64,000 nucleotides of DNA from Nanobdellota archaeon (GTDB taxonomy: Archaea > Nanobdellota > Nanobdellia > Pacearchaeales > GW2011-AR1). The stretch spans positions 35,243-99,242 of the forward strand of contig JADFRY010000004.1 in assembly GCA_022561055.1 (NCBI GenBank). Direction: 5' to 3'. This document shows, one piece after another, positions 8,719 to 15,843 of the stretch (its first letter is position 1; every line of letters starts with the position of its first letter). The position numbers and the translations under genes are program-made. Below the pieces are notes generated by a model that was not told the origin of the DNA, did not search any database, and worked only from the letters and a program-made list of their open reading frames with translations.

Positions 8719-8841
8719 CGTCCCGGGCTGGACTCGAACCAACGACCCCACGGTTTCTGAAATCTGCCGATTTCCGAGCAGATCAAAAATTGGCATTTTT
8801 AATCTTAACAGCCGTGTGCTCTACCACTGAGCTACCGGGAC
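8719..8841 (-). tRNA. tRNA-Asn(GUU) with a ~51-nt intron in the anticodon loop
   Basis: Reverse complement folds by hand as GTCCCGG-TA-GCTC-AGTGGTA-GAGC-A-CACGG-CTGTTAA-[intron]-CCGTG-GGGTC-GTTGG-TTCGAGT-CCAGC-CCGGGAC-G. No encoded CCA. Confidence 0.85.
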
Positions 8842-8905
8842 TTAGAGAAAAAAACGGGTGAGCTTATTTAAAGATTCCTGTCTTGATTTTTGAGTTGTAA
8901 GATCA

Positions 8906-9103
8906 TGTCAAGATGCTTTCGAAAGAGCATCTTGAACACAAGAGAATTGCTGACAATTGCAATTCTCTGCGCAGAAAATTCTCTATTAAAAGAATTTTCT
9001 TGCATCCTAACCTCAAGAATGCTTAAAAGTTGCATTCTTGAGGGCATTCAAAAACTTTCAGTTTTTGATGAGTCCTAACAAAAAACGACAAGGACTTTTT
9101 GAT
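8906..9103 (+). repeat. multi-hairpin repeat element, copy 2
   Basis: Collinear with 48003..48198. Hairpin 1 stem is changed on both arms (caagatgct/agcatcttg versus caaggattc/gaatccttg). Confidence 0.8.
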
Positions 9104-9111
9104 TTTAAATA
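9104..9111 (+). promoter_or_regulatory. TATA-like box TTTAAATA upstream of the first basic mini-ORF
   Basis: TTTAAATA lies 40 nt upstream of ATG 9144. Confidence 0.4.
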
Positions 9112-9143
9112 TAAGTCTTGTTTCTAATTTACGAGAAAGAGGT

Positions 9144-9203
9144 ATGCTACCATGGCAAAAAAGAAAAAAGCTAAAAAAAGCTAAAAAGAGAAGAAGAAAA
9201 TAA
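9144..9203 (+). CDS. 19-aa polybasic peptide (weak L41e-like pattern)
   Basis: Encodes MLPWQKRKKLKKAKKRRRK. GAGGT sits immediately upstream. An alternative ATG at 9152 gives MAKKKKAKKS. Below the ORF-track size cut-off. Confidence 0.35.
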   Translation: MLPWQKRKKLKKAKKRRRK

Positions 9204-9284
9204 TTTTTTGAGACAATTTTATTTTTTATTTTATTTATTACTAATTTTCTTAAAAAGTTAAAATTTTTTATAAAAATGTTTTTA

Positions 9285-9298
9285 GAAAGTTTTAAATA
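9285..9298 (+). promoter_or_regulatory. BRE/TATA-like box GAAAGTTTTAAATA
   Basis: The same 14-mer is repeated at 9640..9653. It lies 47 nt upstream of ATG 9332. Confidence 0.5.
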
Positions 9299-9331
9299 GG
9301 AATTTGCTTTATATTTATTATAAAAAGAGGT

Positions 9332-9505
9332 ATGAACATGGTAGCAAGAAGAGCAACTACAGGAAGAACAACAAGAAGAGCAACTACAGGAAGAACAACA
9401 AGAAGAGCAACTACAGGAAGAACAACAAGAGAGACAACAAGAACAACAAGAGAGACAACAAGAAGAACAACGGCAAGAAGAGCAACTACAAGAAGGAGAA
9501 GATAA
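9332..9505 (+). CDS. 57-aa Arg/Thr-repeat peptide
   Basis: Encodes MNMVARRATTGRTTRRATTGRTTRRATTGRTTRETTRTTRETTRRTTARRATTRRRR. GAGGT precedes it, with a second in-frame ATG at 9338. Stop is TAA, followed by a T-run. Confidence 0.45.
   Translation: MNMVARRATTGRTTRRATTGRTTRRATTGRTTRETTRTTRETTRRTTARRATTRRRR
9347..9427 (+). repeat. 3 x 27-bp perfect tandem repeat (agaagagcaactacaggaagaacaaca)
   Basis: Units at 9347, 9374 and 9401 are identical by direct reading. They encode the RRATTGRTT repeats. Confidence 0.9.
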
Positions 9506-9639
9506 CTCTTTTTTGAAATAGTTTTTCTTTGAATATAATATTTTTTGTTTGTTTTAATGTGGAATATTAATTTATCGATGGTAAATAATTGATAATTTGT
9601 TATTGTTTTATTGATAATTATATTTTAACGACGATAAAC

Positions 9640-9653
9640 GAAAGTTTTAAATA
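9640..9653 (+). promoter_or_regulatory. BRE/TATA-like box GAAAGTTTTAAATA
   Basis: Identical 14-mer to 9285..9298. It lies 53 nt upstream of ATG 9693. Confidence 0.5.
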
Positions 9654-9692
9654 CTTATTATAGTTCGTTTTTTTTTGCATAGGAGACATACA

Positions 9693-9794
9693 ATGACAAC
9701 AAAAAGAAAAACAAGAAGAACAAGAAAAACTGCAAGAAAGACAGTAAGAAAAACAACCAGAAGAAAGACAACCGTCAGAAGAAAAAGAAGATAA
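9693..9794 (+). CDS. 33-aa Lys/Arg/Thr peptide
   Basis: Encodes MTTKRKTRRTRKTARKTVRKTTRRKTTVRRKRR. GGAG lies 7 nt upstream. Stop is TAA, followed by a T-run. Confidence 0.45.
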   Translation: MTTKRKTRRTRKTARKTVRKTTRRKTTVRRKRR

Positions 9795-9858
9795 TTTTTT
9801 TTTGAGTAGTTGTTTGATTTTGGATTTTTTTTAGTGGTTTTTTGATAAAAGAGGTGGT

Positions 9859-10350
9859 TTATTTTTCAGAAATTTTTCTTTTAGCATTAATTCTTTCTAG
9901 ATATTTGTATATGTTAGTTTGTTTTGTTCCACGAATTAAGTTTGTTATTGCTGTTAATGCATATTCTATTGATTCGGCCGGACCAATTATTCCGACTGTA
10001 TTATCTTTGATTGCAATTTCACATCCAGATATTTGTTCAATAGTTCGTTTTGTTCTGCCATGAGTTCCTATTAGTCTTCCTCTGACTACTTCTAAATTTT
10101 TTCTTCTTGTAAAATCTTTAATATTTATTTTTTCTAGTATTATATCTTCCTCTGTTAAGAGCGCTGCAGTTTTTGCAGAATATCCTAAGTTTATCGCATC
10201 AAGAACTAGAGAAAATTCATATTCTTCTATCGAGTCTCCATAAATTAAGACTTTTTTACCTTTTATTCTTATTTTGATATTTAATTTTTTTTCTAGAAAA
10301 TTTTTTTCTCTTTTTAACTCCAAAATATTCTTACAATAAAATGTTTCCAT
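9859..10350 (-). CDS. KH-domain RNA-binding protein (Dim2/Pno1-like)
   Basis: GRLIGTHGRTKRTIEQISGCEIAI (GXXG KH motif). Sits next to aIF-1A, as in many archaea. Confidence 0.75.
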   Translation of the reverse strand: METFYCKNILELKREKNFLEKKLNIKIRIKGKKVLIYGDSIEEYEFSLVLDAINLGYSAKTAALLTEEDIILEKINIKDFTRRKNLEVVRGRLIGTHGRTKRTIEQISGCEIAIKDNTVGIIGPAESIEYALTAITNLIRGTKQTNIYKYLERINAKRKISEK

Positions 10351-10351
10351 T

Positions 10352-10732
10352 TTAGAATTCTTCTTTTAAAATATCTAATATCCCCTTTTTCTTTAATTGG
10401 TTGACTGCTGAGAAATTATATTTGTATATGACATCTCCTTTTTTATCATCATACTCCCACGGAACTATGAGGATTATATCTTTTGGCCTTAACCATAATC
10501 TTCTTCTGTATCTTCCAGGAACTCTGCAATTTCTTGTTTTGCCGTCGGTAGTTTTTACATCCATTCTGTTTCCTCCGAGTCTTAGAACTATTATTCCTAT
10601 AATTTCTTTGCCTTTTGGCATTCTAACTCTTGTTGATATTTCTATAGTTTCTTTTTTGTCCAGCTCTGCTGATTTAGATTCTTCCTTTACTTCTTCAAAG
10701 TCTCCAAAATCTTTTTCTTGATTTTCTTGCAT
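10352..10732 (-). CDS. eif1a: translation initiation factor aIF-1A
   Basis: S1-like OB core RVRMPKGKEIIGIIVLRLGGNRMDVKTTDGKTRNCRVPGRYRRRLWLRPKDIILIVPWEY. Confidence 0.9.
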   Translation of the reverse strand: MQENQEKDFGDFEEVKEESKSAELDKKETIEISTRVRMPKGKEIIGIIVLRLGGNRMDVKTTDGKTRNCRVPGRYRRRLWLRPKDIILIVPWEYDDKKGDVIYKYNFSAVNQLKKKGILDILKEEF

Positions 10733-10768
10733 GATAGGTTTTTGTTAATCTGTTATTTAAATATGACT

Positions 10769-11068
10769 CTATGATAAAATAAGTGCATAAGGAATGTTCT
10801 GAATTTTTTCTATTCCTTTGTCATTTATTATACCTGCTTCTTTTGCTGCTTTAAGAGATTCTTGACCTACAATGTTAAATGAAGCATCTTCTCTTGCCTG
10901 AAATTGCATAAGTTCAATTGTCTCGTCATAAGACAATTCTTTATCTTTATAGAAACTTTCTCTTACTTCAAGTTGTTTAATTCCTTCTTCAAATTTTTTC
11001 CCTATTAGATTAGAATCACATATAGCCACTACCTCTCTGTAAGATTTGTGGACTTTTACACATATCAT
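10769..11068 (-). CDS. DUF424 family protein
   Basis: MICVKVHKSYREVVAICDSNLIGKKFEEG...LEVRESFY matches the archaeal DUF424 pattern from memory. Confidence 0.6.
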   Translation of the reverse strand: MICVKVHKSYREVVAICDSNLIGKKFEEGIKQLEVRESFYKDKELSYDETIELMQFQAREDASFNIVGQESLKAAKEAGIINDKGIEKIQNIPYALILS

Positions 11069-11086
11069 TTAAATTAAAGTAAATCT

Positions 11087-11239
11087 TTATTTTTGGATCC
11101 CTCCCATTCTACAAACTGTTATTCCACAATTCGGGCACTTTCCCTTTGCTATTTTTGTGCCTCTTTTTGTTTTGGATTCCTTTGGATTTTGTATTTCAAC
11201 TTTTTTTTTGCATTTAACGCAATATCCTTGTGTTGGCAT
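11087..11239 (-). CDS. 50-aa zinc-ribbon protein (DUF5679-like)
   Basis: Not in the ORF track. Encodes MPTQGYCVKCKKKVEIQNPKESKTKRGTKIAKGKCPNCGITVCRMGGIQK, with CxxC...CxxC and GGAGG 9 nt upstream. Confidence 0.6.
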   Translation of the reverse strand: MPTQGYCVKCKKKVEIQNPKESKTKRGTKIAKGKCPNCGITVCRMGGIQK

Positions 11240-11311
11240 TTATTGTTTCCTCCTTATTGTTTCTCCTTTGTTTTTTTAGATTATAAAGGTTTCTAAAGTT
11301 TTTGGGAAAGG

Positions 11312-11719
11312 CTAAATCTTGCTTTTAATTGGGTATTTGGCTCCGCAGGCAAGGCAGTGTTTGAATTTTATTCCTCTTTCTGAAATGATTTCTGTGTCTG
11401 GTTTTTTACATTCGTGGCAAAGAACAAATTCTTTTACATAGAGTGCTATTTTTTCATTTACTTTATTTGAGTTAACTCTTGTTTTTAGTGTGAGGCGGCC
11501 GTTCTCCAACTTTCCATAAACCGCAAGCTCTTTTTGCAAGAATTTTATAAGATGTTCTAATGGTCTTCTTATATAAGAAACTATTTCTCTTATATTGGTG
11601 ATTATCGTTTTATTTCCTGAGACAAAGCCTTTTACTTTTGGGATTTCAAATCTTTCTGAGTTTCCAACTACTGATTTTATATTCTTATATGCGTTTTCTA
11701 ATAACTGTTCGTATTCCAT
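11312..11719 (-). CDS. eif2b: translation initiation factor aIF-2 beta subunit
   Basis: C-terminal zinc ribbon YVKEFVLCHECKKPDTEIISERGIKFKHCLACGA and an N-terminal helical domain. Confidence 0.9.
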   Translation of the reverse strand: MEYEQLLENAYKNIKSVVGNSERFEIPKVKGFVSGNKTIITNIREIVSYIRRPLEHLIKFLQKELAVYGKLENGRLTLKTRVNSNKVNEKIALYVKEFVLCHECKKPDTEIISERGIKFKHCLACGAKYPIKSKI

Positions 11720-11810
11720 CTTTACGCTGAGAAGAAAGAGTTTTTAAGCCTATTGATGGTATATTTTGTGGTATAATAATGTTAATAAAGTAGAATTATT
11801 TTTATTCCAG

Positions 11811-12059
11811 ATGACCAATGTTAAACTTTTTACAGTTGAAGATGGGGATTGGGAGCAAAGAGAAATGTGGTTTTCTCGGTTAGAGTCAAAAGTTGGGATT
11901 TTTCTAACAGATGTTGTTGGTAGGGAGATTGTTAGTGTTAGTGCACCTAGTATTAACATAAGTTATACTCCTGAGGGAAAATGTAAAGTTTCTTATGGGG
12001 TTTCTGTTGTGTATCAAGATAAACCTGGCTCTGTTAGGGTTGGGCCTGATAGGGATTAA
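11811..12059 (+). CDS. hypothetical small protein
   Basis: First ATG in the 11766..12059 ORF (11766 is TTG). No domain recognised. Confidence 0.35.
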   Translation: MTNVKLFTVEDGDWEQREMWFSRLESKVGIFLTDVVGREIVSVSAPSINISYTPEGKCKVSYGVSVVYQDKPGSVRVGPDRD

Positions 12060-12094
12060 GTTATATTTATAAAGTTCTTTGATTGTGTTTTTTT

Positions 12095-12676
12095 ATGAAA
12101 GTGAAGAATTTAGTTCTTGGAATTGGTATTTTTATAGTTTTTATGCTTGCTTTGGGTTACGGCATTCAGGCGTTTTATCCTGAGCCGAAATATGATGATT
12201 ATTGTGATGTAAGTTTGAGAATTCCTGCTAGGATAGGAATTGAGGATTGTAAGTTTTCTCAAGGGTTAGAAATAAAACAGCAAGCATGCTATAAAGTTGG
12301 CGGAGAGTTTAGATATGAATATGATGAGCAAGGTTGCATTGTTGATGGTTATTGTGACGAATGCAAAATAGCTTATGATGAAGACAAGTCCAGACATGCA
12401 AAAATTGTTTTTGTTATTGCTTTAATTGTTGGAATATTGATTTTAATTGTTGGCTACGCAATTTTGTCTGTTGAGCCTGTTGGAAGCGCTTTAATGGCTT
12501 CTGGTGTTGGGGCAATATTTTATGGCTCTATTAGGAACTGGATTAATTTGAGCAATGTTTGGAGATTTTTGCTTTTGCTTTTGGTTTTGGCTCTTTTAAT
12601 TTGGATTGCAATAAGGTCAAATCGCAGGAAGAAAAAAGGATTTGGGTTTTCTTTTGGGTTTAAGTTTGGGAGATAG
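12095..12676 (+). CDS. membrane protein with Cys-rich extracellular segment
   Basis: N-terminal TM (LVLGIGIFIVFMLALGYGI), a segment with 8 Cys, then 3 further hydrophobic helices and a basic tail. Confidence 0.6.
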   Translation: MKVKNLVLGIGIFIVFMLALGYGIQAFYPEPKYDDYCDVSLRIPARIGIEDCKFSQGLEIKQQACYKVGGEFRYEYDEQGCIVDGYCDECKIAYDEDKSRHAKIVFVIALIVGILILIVGYAILSVEPVGSALMASGVGAIFYGSIRNWINLSNVWRFLLLLLVLALLIWIAIRSNRRKKKGFGFSFGFKFGR

Positions 12677-12706
12677 ATTTAATAATATCCTGTTTTAATA
12701 AATTTT

Positions 12707-13321
12707 ATGGAAGATTATAAAGAGATCACAAAAGAATCTTATGATAAAAATGCAGAATATTTTTCCGAATATTTTAGAAATGTATTTAATTTAGAAGAGA
12801 GGAAAGAATTTAGTAAATTTATTAAATCAATTAATGGAAATAAAATTTTAGACCTTGGTTGTGGCGATGGAGAGCATGGAATCTATTTTAAGAATCAAGG
12901 TTTTGATGTAGTGGGAATAGATATTTCGGAATCTTTTCTAAGGATTGCTAATGAAAAAGGTTTAAATGTATTAAAAATGGACATTGAGGATCTTAAATTT
13001 GATGATAATTTTTTCGATGGTATTTGGGCAGTTACTTCTCTGTTGCACGTGCCTAAAAGAAATTTTAGTAATGTTGTTAATAAGCTAACTAAAATTCTTA
13101 AATCCCGAGGAATTTTATATGTTTGTGTTAAGGAAGGTGAAGGAGAAGGATTTATTATTGATAAAAATGATGGATCTACTAAGAGGTTTTTTGCTTTTTG
13201 GGAAAAAGATGAAATTTTAAATTATTTTAGAGATTATTTTGATCTTTTGGATTTTAAGGAAGCCAAAGTAAATAATACTATTTTTTTAGAGTTCTTTTTT
13301 AGAAAAAAGTTATCTTCCTAG
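12707..13321 (+). CDS. class I SAM-dependent methyltransferase
   Basis: Motif I ILDLGCGDGEHG, motif II VVGIDIS, post-I/III segments FDGIWAVTSLLHV. Confidence 0.8.
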   Translation: MEDYKEITKESYDKNAEYFSEYFRNVFNLEERKEFSKFIKSINGNKILDLGCGDGEHGIYFKNQGFDVVGIDISESFLRIANEKGLNVLKMDIEDLKFDDNFFDGIWAVTSLLHVPKRNFSNVVNKLTKILKSRGILYVCVKEGEGEGFIIDKNDGSTKRFFAFWEKDEILNYFRDYFDLLDFKEAKVNNTIFLEFFFRKKLSS

Positions 13322-13732
13322 ATAAGATTTGAATGCAGGCTTAATTGTTTCTATTAAATTATAGTTTTGATAGTCTTTTGGGTCTATCCACAAGAACTCT
13401 TCGTGGTCTTCTCCGAGTTGTACATCATTAGACTCTGCTTCACATTCGAAGAAAGTTCCAACGATTTGCCATTTTTCTCCTTTAACAAAAGGTCTCCATT
13501 CTCCAACATGAAATGGCTTTCCAATTCTAACGCTGAGGCCTGTCTCTTCCTTTATCTCTCTGATTAGGCTTTCTTGGAAATGTTGTCCTGGTTCAACTCT
13601 TCCCCCAGGAACATCATACTTTCCTATGTTTGTTCCATCTTTATATTTAGGGGATTCTTTTAGAAGCAGAATTTTTCCATTATGTTTAATAAACGCTTTT
13701 GTTGCAACAAAGAGTTTTGATACCTCTTCCAT
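13310..13732 (-). CDS. NUDIX hydrolase
   Basis: Nudix box GGRVEPGQHFQESLIREIKEETGL. Confidence 0.85.
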   Translation of the reverse strand: MEEVSKLFVATKAFIKHNGKILLLKESPKYKDGTNIGKYDVPGGRVEPGQHFQESLIREIKEETGLSVRIGKPFHVGEWRPFVKGEKWQIVGTFFECEAESNDVQLGEDHEEFLWIDPKDYQNYNLIETIKPAFKSYLGR

Positions 13733-13791
13733 TAAAACCAGAGAGGATTTCTTTTTAAATAAATTTGTATATTTGATTAATTCTTATTGAG

Positions 13792-14481
13792 TTATATATT
13801 TGCATATGCGGTAGATGGATTTTGATATTTTCTGAACATTATTCTAGTTTCATCATAAGCATCGAATTCGTAGTATCCTGGAAATGGGTGTCTGACTCCT
13901 CCCACTAGTTTTATGGCATCTCTAATTAGTCTTTTTTCTGTAGATGTTGGTTCATTGTTTAGATACCTCATAGTTCTGAACCAATTTAATCCGGGAATTT
14001 CGATTGCTACTGTAACGGGAGTTTTTAAACCGTGGAGTAAGTCTTCTCCTGTTCCTTCTACTAATTCTATAATACATTTTCCTGGGTTTCCTGGGGAATC
14101 GTCTCTTGCTATGATTGAGCCTGAATGAGTTACATTTCCTTTTTCTACCAACATTACAGAATACTGAGATAGATCATATTTGGAACAAAATTCTCGCAGT
14201 TCTTCTGGAGAAGTTATGTTTACATTATATGGGCGACGAAGGTTTCTATCTTTTGGGACAAGACGACAGAAGCAACTATGTTCATTGAAAATTCTTTTTG
14301 TTCTTAAGGATTTTACCTGTGACCTTGTTGGGAAATAAACTCTTGTTCTTGGGACTCCAATACCATCTAAGACTTCAAACATTTTCGTTTCGTCTCTTCT
14401 TAGAAAATCTAGATTTAGACCCGCTTTTGTTGCTTCAGCTAGCCAGACAGAACTATTTTGATTTTTTCTTCTTTTAGCCAT
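13792..14481 (-). CDS. hypothetical protein (compositionally atypical orphan)
   Basis: 229-aa ORF with no confidently recognised domain. Confidence 0.5.
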   Translation of the reverse strand: MAKRRKNQNSSVWLAEATKAGLNLDFLRRDETKMFEVLDGIGVPRTRVYFPTRSQVKSLRTKRIFNEHSCFCRLVPKDRNLRRPYNVNITSPEELREFCSKYDLSQYSVMLVEKGNVTHSGSIIARDDSPGNPGKCIIELVEGTGEDLLHGLKTPVTVAIEIPGLNWFRTMRYLNNEPTSTEKRLIRDAIKLVGGVRHPFPGYYEFDAYDETRIMFRKYQNPSTAYANI

Positions 14482-14511
14482 GCTATTTATGCAGAGAAAT
14501 TGTTTAAAAAG

Positions 14512-15135
14512 TTATCCGAGATACCTAACCTTTCCTGGGCGTGGTTCATAAGCTATGCCTTCTTCGAGGAGTTTTTTAATTTCTTGGTTTATTGCTGTTG
14601 GGGGAGATTTTAACTCTAAGATTATAGATTCTATTTCTGCCCCGCCATTGGTTTCTTCCCTTTTAATAATCTGGGTTATTTGGTCTTTTAGGGCGTGAAG
14701 TTCTGACTTTTCTAAAGTTTTTGGTTTTTCTAAGTCGAGTTCAAGTTTTCTTACTAGGAGATAGGCGGGTTCCTTTTTTTTGATTATTTCAGGAAGAATG
14801 TATAGTTCGTTATTCCAAGAACGTAAGAGACCTATTATTTGAATAGTATCTCCTTGTGAAAGTGTAGAAAGTTTTTCAATGTCTTCGCCAAATGTTTTTA
14901 GGAGTATTTGTCCCGAGGCATCATCAAGAGTTAATGTTGCATATTTTTTTTCTTCATCTTGAACGAATTTTTCAATTATGTTTGCTATGACGTTTACTCT
15001 TACTATTTGTTTGTCTGTATATTCCAAAAATTTGAACCTTTCAGCTTCGAGAATTGGTTTTCCTGCTAAAATGTTACCTATTCTCATTTTGTAAGCTATG
15101 CGTCTTTTGAATTCTGGAAATTTTTCTTCTGGCAT
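14512..15135 (-). CDS. OB-fold nucleic-acid-binding protein with C-terminal winged helix (RPA32/Rpa2-like)
   Basis: OB-like core VRVNVIANIIEKF...ATLTLDDASGQILLKTFGED...GDTIQIIGLLRSWNNELYI and a C-terminal wH-like EIKKLLEEGIAYEPRPGKVRYL. Near mcm. Confidence 0.5.
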   Translation of the reverse strand: MPEEKFPEFKRRIAYKMRIGNILAGKPILEAERFKFLEYTDKQIVRVNVIANIIEKFVQDEEKKYATLTLDDASGQILLKTFGEDIEKLSTLSQGDTIQIIGLLRSWNNELYILPEIIKKKEPAYLLVRKLELDLEKPKTLEKSELHALKDQITQIIKREETNGGAEIESIILELKSPPTAINQEIKKLLEEGIAYEPRPGKVRYLG

Positions 15136-15228
15136 GTTGATGTTTGTAAAATGGATTTTATAAGGATTGTTATGATTGTTGAATGATATATTCTTTACTA
15201 TAATTAACTTTAAAAGTAAGTTGCCTAT

Positions 15229-15843
15229 ATGAATTTTATGGGATCTTGGGTTACGGAAAATATTAGAGGAATAGATGTTCAGTACTTTCCTATTAATTAT
15301 CAGGGGGAAAGTGTTAGGATTTATGCGCTCCCGGGAGTTCCTTTTAATGCAGGGAAGATAGAAAGAGATTCTCTAGCTGATCCAGAAAAAGCTGAAGAGG
15401 GCTTTTCTATAATAAGGAGTAGAATGCCTTCTGATGTTAGCGGTGAGGTTGTTGAAAGAACGAGAAAGATTTTTGATGCTTATAAAGGGAGGCAACTTGA
15501 CGTATTAAGTGTTCTTTGTTACGCCTTTGATAATGATAGATTTGAGGAATTTGCTAGTCGTTTGGAAAATTTTTGTAGTTCAACCATTAAGTATATTCAT
15601 CCAGGAGTAATGATGGCGAGAACTGATGTTACAGCTTTCTTTATGAAACAATTTATTGATTTTGGTGTGGGAGACAGAGCTGAAGCTGAGTGGTGGGTTG
15701 ATTTTAATGAAAGAAATGGGTCCGGTTTGTTAGTTTTCCCAGAACAGAGCCAGGATGACAAAAATCTAAGAAGTGGTAGAAGTTTAGTTGATATTAGTGG
15801 TGATCATCTAACTACTCCCAATGAGCTAATAACTAAAAATTAA
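15229..15843 (+). CDS. hypothetical protein (compositionally atypical orphan)
   Basis: 204-aa ORF, no recognised domain. A hand count over 15301-15360 gives 29/60 G+C. Confidence 0.5.
   Translation: MNFMGSWVTENIRGIDVQYFPINYQGESVRIYALPGVPFNAGKIERDSLADPEKAEEGFSIIRSRMPSDVSGEVVERTRKIFDAYKGRQLDVLSVLCYAFDNDRFEEFASRLENFCSSTIKYIHPGVMMARTDVTAFFMKQFIDFGVGDRAEAEWWVDFNERNGSGLLVFPEQSQDDKNLRSGRSLVDISGDHLTTPNELITKN

Noticed and set aside
9347-9470. CRISPR array
   Set aside because: The repeats are directly tandem (27 bp, no spacers) and lie within a plausible ORF. No cas genes are present in the window.
9304-9516. 70-aa track ORF (MLYIYYKKRYEHGSKKSNYRKNNKK...) as the coding frame of the purine-rich repeat region
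   Set aside because: It starts at TTG inside the promoter-like box. The R/T frame has an ATG with a GAGGT tract and parallels the two neighbouring mini-ORFs. I cannot exclude it without conservation data.
13792-14481. PEP-utilising-enzyme mobile-domain-like motif (GNVTHSGSIIARD) in the 229-aa orphan
   Set aside because: This is a single short resemblance without the surrounding conserved context, so it is too weak to call.
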